Source of the DNA: Eledone cirrhosa
Taxonomy: Eukaryota
Direction of reading: 5' to 3'
Length of the DNA stretch: 64,000 nt
NCBI GenBank assembly: GCA_964016885.1
Contig: OZ024763.1
Span: 19,964,001-20,028,000 of the forward strand
This document shows, one piece after another, positions 39,091 to 51,621 of the stretch. Under the pieces are notes generated by a model that had not been told where the DNA came from, did no database searches, and worked only from the letters and a program-made list of their open reading frames with translations. Position 1 is the first letter of the stretch, and each line of letters opens with the position of its first letter. Made by a program: the position numbers and the translations under genes.

Positions 39091-39770
39091 AATTAAAAAC
39101 GCGTAAAGCGAGTGAGACAAGAAAACAACAAAGAGGAGAGCTAACCGTAGAAGGAAGGAAACAAGCTTCATAGTTATTCTGTTAGCATAAGCAAGGTGAA
39201 TATACGAGCGCTTAGAAAAAAGACCTTTCGTGAACGAATCCAATGTGAGAAAGAGAGAAATTGTTTTCGTCGCGAACGGGGTGAAGTGACAAGAGGAGAA
39301 ACAGTGAGTGAGTGAGTGGAAGTGTGAGGAAGAGTTAACTGACATGGCAGAGGGGGCGAAAGAAAGTAGGAGAAACAGAGAGAATGAGGGAGCAGTAAGA
39401 GAGAGAGAGAGAGAAAAAAAACAGAATCGCAGTTTAGGTAAATATATGTGAAAAAAGACCATCAAACCTGGTTGAAATGTGAGCAAGGAAGGAATTTCGC
39501 ACAGGTCTAACGGGAGGAAGAAAGGGTCTGGTCTGCGAATTCGGTAAACATAAGTTCTGTGAAGTCGCAGACGAGAGAGAGAGAAAAAAAATTCATACCG
39601 GATTCCTTCCTTGCTCACATTTCAATCAGGTTTGATGGTCTTTATTCTCTCGTTCACGATTCCACCGAATTTATATTCATAGAAATCTGGGACTTGTTTC
39701 TTTCTTCTTCATCACTTTCTGTTGCTTAAACCATTTTGTTTGTTTACCCTAGCGTCCCCTTTATTTACGT

Positions 39771-39871
39771 GTCCCAACGACTTTTTTTAGCCGTTGCTCG
39801 CACCAACCGGAGATATATGGCCTTTAAAGCGACGAAATGCCTACGACGGTTGGAAGGCCACTGATGAGGAC
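39771..39871 (+). ncRNA. Candidate non-circularly permuted hammerhead, copy A
   Basis: GTCC-CAACGACT tttttt AGCCGTTG-c-TCGC-a-CCAACCG-g-AGATA-TA-TGGCCTT-taaa-GCGA-c-GAAA-TGCCT-acga-CGGTTGG-AAGGCCA-CTGATGA-GGAC. Confidence 0.7.
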
Positions 39872-39918
39872 AAACTTTTTCATATGTAACCCATTTGCAG
39901 CGCCGCAGCTCCATTATT

Positions 39919-39982
<64 letters not shown>

Positions 39983-40161
39983 GTGTATGTATTTTCTCGA
40001 AAACTGTAGAAAATAAAGAAAAGAGCAATTAATCCATTAAATAGAGTAGTTTGGCAGTATATAACTGAGAGGTTCATTACTGTGTGTTGTGAGGACACAC
40101 TGGCACGTGGCTGACTCTTCAGGTTGCCACTGATATACACATGCATATATATATACATACA

Positions 40162-40197
<36 letters not shown>

Positions 40198-40253
40198 CAC
40201 ACACGCATACATATATATATATACATACATACCTATATATATATATATACATA

Positions 40254-40307
<54 letters not shown>

Positions 40308-40311
40308 CATA

Positions 40312-40353
<42 letters not shown>

Positions 40354-40357
40354 CATA

Positions 40358-40411
<54 letters not shown>

Positions 40412-40559
40412 CACACATACATATATATATATATACATACATACCTATATATATATATAAACATACCTATATGTATATAGGCTTCATATATACATACATA
40501 CATGCATACATATACATATATATACACACACACATACATATATATATATGTATATATAT

Positions 40560-40594
<35 letters not shown>

Positions 40595-40894
40595 CACACA
40601 CATATACACACATATACATCACATAACCCTCCCACACACACAAACTCACACACATATTACACCTTCCACATACACTACTATGACGTCCCCCTCACCCATC
40701 CTCCTACCACTACCTCCACCACCTCCACTACTACTACCAGCACCTTCACCATCTCCACTACTACTACTACTACCACCCTTCCTTCTCCGAATATCAGACT
40801 TGTTACCATCTAATACCAAATTCCAATGCCATGACCAATAGTTTTTCTCTAGTATTTCAGTTTCCCATTGACATTTAGTGTAGTAATGACCTAT

Positions 40895-41365
40895 ATAAGA
40901 GGGTCGGCTGAAAACTTCATAGGTTGACCAAGATACTCTCATGGAATGTGACCAAATGGGGTGTATTTCTCAACATGGTCCCCCTTGCGGTCCATGCACT
41001 TCTTCAATCGGTGTTGCAGTGTTTGGATCTCATTGGTGAAGAAGCTTTCATCCTGTTGCTAAAAAAAAAAAAGGGGTCATCAACTGCAGATATGGCATCA
41101 TCATCATCACTGCGATACTGTGGTTCCTAGCCGAGTGTGTTTTTTTTTTTTCACGTTGAGGAACAGATGATAGTCAGATGGGGCCAAATCAGGAGATTAG
41201 GGAGGGTGATCAACCAATTCAAAGCCACAGTCATGTGCAGTATCTATTGAAACCAAGGACTTGTGTGCTGGAGCATTGTTCTGATGAAACAAGACCCTTT
41301 TCATCAATTTTTCTTGTTCTTGATAGCCTTTCATAACTGCCTCACCAAGTTGCCATAGTACTTGT
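40895..41365 (-). mobile_element. mariner transposase 3' remnant
   Basis: Minus strand ends QHRLKKCMDRKGDHVEK, with PxSPDLAPSDY-like coding (cctgatttggccccatctgacta). TIR-like gagggtcggctgaaaacttc. Confidence 0.7.
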
Positions 41366-41971
41366 GGTTAGAAAAAGCTACCTCACTTACCGCTTTCGCA
41401 GGCGCCGCCGCTAAATCCAAATGGCCGGTTTCTCCTCTCCCACGTGCGTACCATCCAACTCGTTAACCGGGAGCTGCAAAGCTGACGTCCACCACGTTCG
41501 CTGATCATCGTAGAGAGGGCGACCTGCTGGCCCTTCCGGTCAAGCACCCTTCCGGTCGAGCACTCCCCTTCCTCCGGCCACCACACACCACACCATACCC
41601 ACAGTACTCTTATTTGATCTTGTGTCCTTCTGAAGAGAGTCAACAAACACAATGCCTTTTGCTCTCCCTGAATTAAAATCCTGCCAAGTTTAACTTTGCC
41701 TTTCATCCTTTTGAAGTAAAATAAAAAATACCAGTCCAATACTGCGTTGGGTCCCCTCCCCCTCTCTCCCCCCTCTCTCTCCCCCTCTCTCTCTCCCTCT
41801 CTCTCCCCCTCTCTCTCTCTCCCCCTCTCTCCCCCTCTCTCTCTCTCTCCCCCTCTCTCTCTCCCCTCTCTCTCTTCCTCTCTCTCTCCCCTCTATCTTC
41901 CTCTCTCTCTCCCTCCCCCTCTCTCTCCCCTCTCTCTCTCCCTATCTCCCCCTCTCTATCTCTCTCATATG

Positions 41972-42004
<33 letters not shown>

Positions 42005-42320
42005 ATTTCTTTCGTTAACTACTTTTCCCATCTTGACATTATAGTCGCATATATGTTATAGAATGCTGTTAGCTTCTTGCTAAAACAATCTCTATACCTC
42101 TCATTTATATATGTATATATATATATATGCGTGTGTGTGTATGTATAGACAGGGTGTCCCCCCCCCCAAAAAAAAATGTATACACATGTTGATTACCTGT
42201 ACATTACCTTGTGTATATATGTGTGCGTATGTATATATATGTGTGTAATAAAAATAAGCATGTGTGTATATCGTCCTGTATGTGTGTATACACACACATC
42301 TAATAACATATATCTATATT

Positions 42321-42363
<43 letters not shown>

Positions 42364-42831
42364 GGAAGAAATCAGCTGTGTTCAAACCAAGAGAGGAAAG
42401 GAAATGGGCTCCACCAGGTTTTAGCCTTTAAACTGACCATATCTGGCCAGAATTCTTTCACCACTTTCTGTTCAAACCAGCCATAACTGGCTGTCCAAAC
42501 TTATGTTAAGGTATTGTTCTCAAAATAAATAATATCAAAATCTTGCAGATTTGATATTATGTGAGATAATAATTGTTTCTACTTTAGGCACAAGGGAGCA
42601 ATTACCCAGTACATTACTGGTACTTTATTTTATCGACCCCGTAAGGATGAAAGGCAAAGTTAACCTCAGCGGGATTTGAACTCAGACTGTAAAGGGACGT
42701 AACTATGCTAGAAAGCATGGCGTCCAACCCTCTACCGATACTGCCAATTCCCCGCCCTATTATGTGTGATAATAATGTGAGATAAAGTGTTTACCATGAA
42801 AATATGATAGTAAATATGGAGTAAATGCACC

Positions 42832-43236
42832 AGGGTTAAAGTACCCAAGACACACTATATACCACAATGGTGTGGACTCTACCAAGTTTAAAGTACCCGA
42901 GATACACTATATACCACAACGGTGTGGACTCTACCAAGTTTAAAGTACCCAAGACACACTATATACCACAACGGTGTGGACTCTACCAGGTTTAAAGTAC
43001 CCGAGATACACTATATACCACAACGGTGTGGACTCTACCAAGTTTAAATTACCCAAGATACACTATATACCACAACGGTGTGGACTCTACCAGGTTTAAA
43101 TTACCCAAGATACACTATATACCACAACGGTGTGGACTCTACCAAGTTTAAAGTACCCAAGGCACATCATATACCACAATGATGTGGACTCTACCAGGTT
43201 TAAAGTACCCAAGATACACTATATACCACAATGGTG
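42832..43236. repeat. 52-bp minisatellite, ~7.8 units
   Basis: Unit gtttaaagtacccgagatacactatataccacaacggtgtggactctaccaa. Ends ~65 nt before exon C. Confidence 0.95.
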
Positions 43237-43300
43237 CCCCTACAACTTCATCAAATAGTTATGGCGTCCATACATTGTCTCAAAATTTCTTCTCTTTCAG

Positions 43301-43482
43301 GAGCTGAAAATGGTTTGCGTTTAATCCTGAATGTTGAACAATATGAATACATGCCAGGCCCTAACAATGCTGCGGGTATCAAAATTTTGATGCACAATGA
43401 AGATGAGTTTCCAAGAGTTCATGAACTCGGCCTAGCCACTCCGACAGGAGCCCATGCTTTTGTGGGCTTAAAAATAATTTCT
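43301..43482 (+). CDS. DEG/ENaC channel exon C (beta-ball/palm)
   Basis: Acceptor tctctttcag and donor gtaagt. GAENGLRLILNVEQYEYMPGPNNAAGIKILMHNEDEFPRVHELGLATPTGAHAFVGLKIIS parallels ASIC GxGNGLEIMLDIQQDEYLP...AGIKVQIHSQDEPP..DQLGFGVAPGFQTFV. Confidence 0.95.
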
Positions 43483-43819
43483 GTAAGTCAACAGAGATCT
43501 CAATTTTACTGGTTTCGGTTTTCATTTTGTTATATAAATCTAAACAAATTTTATTTTATTAAATTTTTGTGATTCTCATGATGGTCGAAGGTCAAAACTG
43601 TTAAAATGTCAGGCAAGATACTAAGTGCCAGTTGCTAGTATGTGTATTCAGAGACAGATTTCATAGGTCATTTTGCTATAATCACTTTATAATTACTGAA
43701 AGCATCTGATATTCTAAAAACCAAACTTATTAAGCATACATACATATATACATTTGATTTTTATCCTTTCAAGGTTGATAACAAATGTACCAGTCTAATA
43801 CTGGGTCGATTCTTTCTCT

Positions 43820-44135
43820 ATATCTCTTTTTCATTTCCATTCTGTGTGTAAGAAGGATAAGTTGTAGTGTACGGGAGAGAAGACTGCATTGGTATGGACA
43901 TGTGATGCGCAAAGAGGATAATTGCTGGGTAAAGAAATGCCAAGAAATCCCAGTGGAAGGAAGGCGCAGTCGAGGAAGACCATGAAAATATGGGCGGAGG
44001 TGGTGAGAGCAGACCTCAGATCGCTGAAGCTCACGGCAGAGATAACAAAGGACTGTGACGAATGGAGAGATGGCGTGCTGAATACGACCCGTCCCACCCT
44101 TGCAAGCAAGGAAAATCGGACGTAAAATGATGATG
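43820..44135 (+). mobile_element. RTE 3' end (partner of SINE B)
   Basis: RRLHWYGHV..GRRSRGRP. Tail cccacccttgcaagcaaggaaaatcggacgtaaaatgatgatg. Confidence 0.85.
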
Positions 44136-44426
44136 ATTATGATGATGATTCTCTCACTCTCTATCCTTCTCTGGAAGAAATCCACTGTATTCAGACCTGG
44201 AGGAGAAGATGGGTTCTGCCAGGTTTAAAAAAAGCCATAGAAACACTGTATGTCAGTATGGCACCCATGTTGACATAAAGGAGTTATGGCACCTAAGATA
44301 CATATAAATATAATACCAGTCTAGTACTGAGGTTGATTCTTCCTTTATGAAATAATGAAATTATTGTGTACAGTGCTCAGGTGCACTACAACTCATCAAA
44401 GGTTCATGTATAGTACATAGAATAAT

Positions 44427-44610
44427 TGTTTCTACTTTTGGCACAAGGCCAGCAATTATCTCAGTGTATTATGGGTGCTTTATTTTATTGACCCCGTAAG
44501 GATGAAAGGCAAAGTTAACCTCAGCGGGATTTGAACTCAGATCATAAAGGGCCGTAACTTTTTGCTGCAAAACATGGCGTCCAACCCTCTACTGATACTA
44601 CCACCACCCT
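44427..44610 (-). mobile_element. SINE A inserted into a CR1 tail
   Basis: 16-bp TSD tagtacatagaataat (44411-44426 and 44611-44626). Confidence 0.85.
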
Positions 44611-44671
44611 TAGTACATAGAATAATGTACAAATATCAGGAGTGATGATATACACACAGATACATGCGCTC

Positions 44672-44722
<51 letters not shown>

Positions 44723-44883
44723 GAAATTATTGTGTACAGTGCTCAGGTGCACAACAACTCATCAAAGGTACATGTATAGTACACAGAATAATGTACAAAA
44801 ATGAACAGTATATGAGTCATGATATACATGTGTGCGTGTACCAAAAGTAGAAGCAATTATTATTATTATTAAGGTTAATTTTA

Positions 44884-45288
44884 GGGCGGTGGATTGGCAG
44901 TATCGGTAGAGGGTCGGACGCCATGCTTTGCAACATAGAGTTACGGCTCTTTATGATCTGAGCTCAAATCCCGCCGAGGTTAACTTTGCCTTTCATCCTT
45001 ATGGCGTCGATAAAATAAAGTACCAGTCACGCACTGGGGTCAATTTAATCGACTTTCCCCTCCCCCAAAATTACTGGCCTTGTGCCTATATAAAAAAACA
45101 TTATTACGGTTAACTTTGCCTTTCATCCTTATGGGATCGATAAAATAAAGTGCACTGGGATAATTGCTGGCCTTGTGCCAAAAGTAGAAACAATTATTAT
45201 TATTATTATTATGGGGTCGATAAAATAAAGTACCAGTAATGTACTGGGTATTTGCTGGCCTTGTGCCAAAAGTAGAAACAATTATTAT
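44884..45288 (+). mobile_element. Stack of one full and two partial SINE A copies
   Basis: Repeated gcctttcatcc..gataaaataaag..gtagaaacaattatt. Ends ~30 nt before exon D. Confidence 0.85.
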
Positions 45289-45318
45289 ACTTGATGATAT
45301 TTTTCTTCTCTTATCTAG

Positions 45319-45472
45319 CTAAGCAATCTCCCCAAACCAAGAGGACTTTGCAGTACACGACAATTAGAATATTTTTCAACATACACCCCAGAAAATTGCG
45401 ATATTGATTGTTTCACAATTAGATTGAATGAAAAATGTCACTGTCGGCTGTTTTACATGCCTCATAAAAACG
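45319..45472 (+). CDS. DEG/ENaC channel exon D (thumb, Cys-rich)
   Basis: Acceptor tctcttatctag and donor gtaagc. LSNLPKPRGLCSTRQLEYFSTYTPENCDIDCFTIRLNEKCHCRLFYMPHKN(G) follows the LPxPxGxC...YxxxxCxIDC...CxCR..MP pattern. Confidence 0.95.
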
Positions 45473-46142
45473 GTAAGCACACGTATATATTTTTTTGTAT
45501 TCTTTTACTGGTTTCAGCCATTAGACGACTGCCATGCTTTAACTTTCTGAGGTCGATTACTAGTACTAACCTATTACACACAAAAGTTAATATTTTCACT
45601 AGTTTGGTTGATTTAAAATTAAGTGTAGTGGATGGTTATTTTCATGAATATCTAAATATTTAAAAACTCCATTTATTTAAACGTTTTATCTCTTATTGCC
45701 CCATTTCCTTATCTAATTAATCAGAAAGATTTAGAGATGTTTAGCATTCCGGTCGCTTCATGTTTGAGACTAAATGAGAGACTTTGGATAAGGAATTAAG
45801 ATGTATTAGAAAAATGGCTACCGTGACGAAATGTAAATAATAAATGGCGTTTAACTAAATATTTAAAGCAAAATATAAAGGTTAGCAAAGAACAAGTGTA
45901 GTTATTTTTTTTTTTTTAATTACAAGGAAATTGTCCCCTGTAAATAGCATTCAGCTTTGGGGAAAATTACTATAACGTTTCATGATTTTCTTATCTTTAA
46001 GCTGATTATATTGACCAATACATTTTTTTGTTGATCTATATTTGTCCAACTGCAACCAACTAGAAATTTATTATAAATTGAAGTGAAAACCAACAGGTCA
46101 TGTGTTTTTATTAGCAGCATGACCCTCCCAAAGTATAACAAT

Positions 46143-47357
46143 CATCATCATCATCATCATCGTTTAACGTCCATATTCCACGCTTGCATGGGTTTGGGCG
46201 GGAGTTTTCCCACTTGAGGCAAGAGTGGTTGTCTTGCTCGCATAGGACTGTCTGGCGGGTTTTCTACGGCTGGATGCCCTTCCTAACACCAACCACGTTT
46301 ACAGTGTGGACTGGGAGGTTTTTACCGTGTTACCTACACGGCCACATTACAGCGTGGACTGTATGTTTTTTTGTTGTGACACCTACACGACCTCATTTGT
46401 TTCGGGCTGGATGTTGTGGTACCAACATAACTTTACATTGAAAGGGTGGATGGGGTGGGGGTAGTGGGACGGGGGTGTATTTTGTTAGAGATGCCTACTG
46501 ACTGTAGTAGGTTTCACTTTGTACTTAGGTAAGGCGGGTCTTCTCTATTACTGTGTAGCACCAAAGATCTCGGTCCAGTGACATTGTTTTGGAGAGGTGT
46601 AAGTGTGTGAGGTCGGAATTTATCAAGTCGTCCCAGGTTTTTCTGGGTCTGCCTACTCCGTGGCTACCGTCTAGTTTTATTGCCCTGCAGTTTTTTAAAC
46701 AGCTGTTGTCTTTCATGCGCATCACGTGACCATACCAACGTAGTCTTCTCTCGAGTAAACAACATCTGATCCCTCTTATTTCTAATTTTTCCCTTAGTTC
46801 GTTTATGCTTTGCCGTTCACGTATATTACTATTACATATCCAGCGGAGCATGCAAGCTTCGTTCCTCTCCAGTCTGCGTATATCCTCTGCACACAATGCC
46901 CAGGTCTCACTGCCATGCAACATTGATGTTCGTATGCAGGCATCATACAGCCTGCCTTTCATTTTTAGGGAGAACCCTTTAGCGGCTAATAGTGGTATAA
47001 GCTCTCTGAACCTTTTCCATCCAGTTCTGACTCTAGCTACTGTACTTTCAGAGCACCCTCCCACACTGCTGATTTTGTCACCCAGGTAACGGAAGCTGTC
47101 CACTATTTCTATAGAACCATCTGTGCTAGTATTCTGCGTGCACTTGCTGCTACTTATTGCACCAGAGCACCGGCCACATATAAAATCTATGTTCTTAGTT
47201 AGCTTACCTGTGATCCACTACATCTTTTATGCACCCATACTTTGCATTTGGGACATAAAATGGAGTTTCTACCTACTCCTTTCCTACACACTGAGCATGG
47301 CCATTTCCCGGGTGGGACCGGTGCCCTATTTTCCTTCCTACAAACTAGAACTTTAGT

Positions 47358-47359
<2 letters not shown>
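46143..47359 (-). mobile_element. RTE LINE 3' part, same subfamily as 2497-5405
   Basis: ORF 46525-47103 is nearly identical to 4445-5020. (GAT)n tail. Confidence 0.92.
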
Positions 47360-47415
<56 letters not shown>

Positions 47416-47751
47416 TTGCAAGGTTTTTGATATGAAATTGTGTGTTGAAACAAATATTGTTATATTTGGAGAGGGTCATATCTAAACTATAATAAAGTAA
47501 GGAGTGTGGGACTGCGTACGGTTTATAATTTTTTATCCCCTTAGTAAAATAAGTTGGATTACTTTGAATAAATAATGAATGAATATTACATAATTTATCT
47601 ACTAAATTTCGTGGGTGTTCATTAAATATATTTTATTACTTATTTAATGATTCACTTCTTTAAAACTTTCAAATGTCAACACTTCCGGTTAGCGATCACT
47701 TAAATAAATATTCATATATTTCTGTCACTAACTTTCTCCTAATGCAGTTTA

Positions 47752-48288
47752 TATATAATATCGTCTATTTTTAATGTATCGTGGATTACGTTACTGATTA
47801 CATAAGACAGTGTAACGCAGTCTTCATTCAATTTCTGTGTATATTGTCAATTACGATTTTATTTGATCATATCTACATGCATATATACTTGCGTATAATA
47901 TCAATATACACACTACACATGCTAGCAGATATATAATATTGTCTATTTTTAATGTATCGTGGATTACGTTACTGATTACATAAGACAGTGTAACACAGTC
48001 TTCATTCAATTTCTGTGTATATTGTCAATTACGATTTTATTTGATCATATCTACATGCATATATACTTGCGTATAATATCAATATACACACTACACATGC
48101 TAGCAGATATATAATATTGTCTATTTTTAATGTATCGTGGATTACGTTACTGATTACATAAGACAGTGTAACATAGTCTTCGTTCAATTTCTGTGTATAT
48201 TGTCAATTACAATTTTATTTGATGTATCATATCTACATGCATGTATACTTGCGTATAATATCAATATACACACTACACATGCTAGCAG
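47752..48288. repeat. 178-bp tandem repeat x3
   Basis: gtctatttttaatgtatcgtggattacg recurs at 47763, 47941 and 48119. Confidence 0.92.
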
Positions 48289-48435
48289 AAAACCACCAGA
48301 GATAATAATAATATATATATATTTAGAAATATTAAAACAATGAAATTAAACACAAAACTGTTAATTCATAGTAAAACACATTATTTTACGATCGTTTCTG
48401 GGGGTAGTTCCCCGTATGTTCATTCAATTATTGAT

Positions 48436-48573
48436 CATTATTTCTGAAGATGGCAGGTAGGGAAGACGTATGTATCTTTTTCTTACTATGATATTTTGTA
48501 ATATGTTTTACATAGATCAATAATTGAATGGACATACAGGGAACTACCCCCCAGAAACAATCGTAAAATAATG
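48436..48573 (+). ncRNA. Type I hammerhead with long stem II insert, inside a fold-back pLTR (~48322-48770)
   Basis: CATTATTT-CTGAAGA-TGGcaGGTAG..~85 nt..CTACCcccCA-GAAA-CAATCG-TA-AAATAATG. Arms 48323-48436 and 48515-48628 are inverted. Confidence 0.7.
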
Positions 48574-48766
48574 TGTTTTACTATGAATTAACCGTTTTTT
48601 GTTTAATTTCATTGTTTTAATATTTCTATTTTGACTCTGTATCCAATTGAATTATATCGTTGATAAGAATTTTTGTATTTTAAACTTTGCTTCACGACAT
48701 CTTCTACATACGGATTACATTGAGTTCTTTATACAGTTTAGACCCTACCATTGAGTGGTAAATTTA

Positions 48767-48809
<43 letters not shown>

Positions 48810-48976
48810 TCGACTTTCCCACCCCCAAAAATTGCTGGCCTTGTGCCTATATAAGAAACCATTATTTATATATTTGTATATTTATTATAAGTACCAGTAA
48901 TGCACTGGGTAATTGCTGGCCTTGTGCCTAAAAGTAGAAACAATTATTTATATATTTGTATATTTATTCCCGTTAG

Positions 48977-49033
48977 GTTACCCATCAGTCTGTACACTAG
49001 AACAACATCAAGATTGTTATGTACCACAGAAAG
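48977..49033 (+). CDS. DEG/ENaC channel exon E (thumb, 57 bp)
   Basis: Acceptor attcccgttag and donor gtatgt. GYPSVCTLEQHQDCYVPQK resembles ASIC PYCTPEQYKEC. Phase 1-1. Confidence 0.9.
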
Positions 49034-49321
49034 GTATGTATGTCTATTTTTCAACTGATAACCTACCAAATGCACATTATTTAAATGTGTACACACACAC
49101 ACACCACATACACAAAAGGACAGAGTTCACACTGTAAATGTAGTTGGCGTTAGGAAGACCATCCAGCCATAGAAGCCAGGCCAGAAACAGTTCTGTATGA
49201 GCATAACACAGTCACCTGATCTGACATGTCTCCCAACAGGAAAACTCATATATATATATGTGTGTGTGTGTGTGTGTATATATATATACATACACACACA
49301 TATATATATATATATAAATAT

Positions 49322-49858
49322 ATAGTTTTGCGAGGTTTTTTATATGAAATCGTGTGTCGAAACAGATATTGTTATATTTGGGGAGGGTCATATTTGCGTA
49401 ATATTGCCAGAATTAATAACAGAACACACTCACTGTTTGGTTGGTTTTCGCTTCTCGCTGTCTTTTATATATATATATCTGCGATCTAGCTTACTCGGTC
49501 CTCAATGTTGCCATTGACTGACCGGCGGTCAAAAAAAAAAAAAACAAAAAAAAAAAAAAAAAAATGGCGTAGACATACAACACAACAGGAGGAACAATGA
49601 ATATAACACCACTGACGATGTTGCAGATGTGCAACGAAAGATTTATGTAAACTATATATATATGTGTTTGTCTATATTGTATCTGTATTATTTTTGACCG
49701 CCGGTCAGTCAATGGCAACATTGAGGACCGAGTAAGCTAGATCGCAGATATATATATATAAAAGACAGCGAGAAGCGAAAACCAACCAAACAGTGAGTGT
49801 GTTCTGTTATTAATTCTGGCAATATTACGCAAATATGACCCTCCCCAAATATAACAAT
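49322..49858 (+). mobile_element. ATGGCGTAGAC-family element with inverted 5' arm and A-tract junction
   Basis: 49367-49535 is the reverse complement of 49690-49858. CTGACGA-tGTTGCAgatgTGCAAC-GAAA at 49612-49639. Confidence 0.8.
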
Positions 49859-49924
49859 ATAAATATATATATATATATAAATTCAAAATATTAACAAAAA
49901 TAGAACTTCTTGTGACCAAGTATA

Positions 49925-49987
49925 TTTTATTATACATATTTCAGAGGTACTGAGCTAACTTCAACAGTACGTCCTCATCAGATAAAA
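49925..49987 (-). ncRNA. Type I hammerhead ribozyme
   Basis: TTTTAT-CTGATGA-GGAcGTACTG..CAGTACcTCT-GAAA-TATGTA-TA-ATAAAA. Confidence 0.8.
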
Positions 49988-50188
49988 CAAGATGATGCAT
50001 GACATACCCTGACATAATAGATGGTTAAGATTCAGTCATGGTAGTGAGTAAGATATGACAAAACTCAATATTTATATACCTTAAGATTGATACATGAAAA
50101 AACTTACATATAATACAGAGGGTGCGTGTAAGAAAGCTTAAAAATACATAACGCCCTCTGGTGATGTCCAGCAGAGGCAAGGGAGACA

Positions 50189-50232
50189 ACCGTCTATGCA
50201 TTTCAGGCTTAACTGGCCTTCGTCAGGACGGT
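50189..50232 (-). ncRNA. Minimal type I hammerhead ribozyme
   Basis: ACCGTC-CTGACGA-AGGCcagttaaGCCT-GAAA-TGCA-TA-GACGGT. Confidence 0.85.
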
Positions 50233-50480
50233 CCCTCCCACCGCTTGCTACTGCTGGACTACAAGACAGCTGAGAATATATAGTTTTCTCGTCTGTGTAA
50301 ATGAGGTGATTAATCTCATTTGCATATGAAGCTGCATAAGTTGGCTCAACTTATAATAAAAAAGAAATAGGATTTCGCTTCAAGCATAGCTTTATACAAT
50401 ATGTATAAATATTTCGTATCTCCAAGTGGAACAATTCCAGACCCATGCTAGCGTGGAAAATGGACGTTAAACGATGATGA

Positions 50481-50548
<68 letters not shown>

Positions 50549-50712
50549 GTATATATGTATATATATATATATGTATATATGTATATATATGTATATGTAT
50601 ATATGTATATATATGTATATGTATATATGTATATATATGTATATATATATATGTATATATATATATGTATATATATATATGTATATATATGTATATATAT
50701 ATATGTATATAT

Positions 50713-50794
<82 letters not shown>

Positions 50795-50806
50795 GTTATA
50801 TATATG

Positions 50807-50921
<115 letters not shown>

Positions 50922-50979
50922 TTGTATATATATATATCTATATGTATATATATATATATGTATATATATGTATATATCT

Positions 50980-51320
50980 ATCATCATCATCATTTCATTT
51001 AACGTCCGCTTTTCCCTGCTTGCAAGGGTGTGACGGGAACTGGTTCTGGCTTGATTTCTACAGCTGGATGCCCTTCCTAACACCAACCTCATTTACAGTG
51101 AGTGCTGGGTGCTTTTTTGCCGTGGCACCTCCACGACCAGTTTGTAGTGGAATGATAGGGACCCCAGTCCCTATCATCTCATTTCTACAGCTGAGTAAAC
51201 TGGAGCAACGTGAAATAAAGTGTCTTGCTCAAGAAAACAACACATCACCTGGTCTGAGAATTGAACTCACAAATTTTCGATTGCAAGGCCAATGCTCTAA
51301 CCACTAAGCCATGTGCCTCC
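50980..51320 (-). mobile_element. SINE family B, full length
   Basis: Reverse complement of family B from the tRNA head to the (GAT)n tail. Confidence 0.87.
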
Positions 51321-51413
<93 letters not shown>

Positions 51414-51414
51414 G

Positions 51415-51445
<31 letters not shown>

Positions 51446-51621
51446 GTATATATATATACAGACAGTCCTATGCGAGCAAGACAACCACTCTTGCCTCAAG
51501 TGGGAAAACTCCCGTCCAAACCCATGCAAGCGTGGAACATGGACGTTAAACGATGATGATGATATATGTATATATATATATGTATATGTATATATGTATA
51601 TATATATATATATATGTATAT

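Noticed and set aside
41390-41590. GC-rich 200-bp island as a possible exon
   Set aside because: No recognisable motif, and it is not needed for the B-to-C reading frame. Probably an unidentified TE fragment.
42832-43236. CRISPR-like array (palindromic repeats)
   Set aside because: Head-to-tail units have no unique spacers, the context is eukaryotic, and no cas genes are present.
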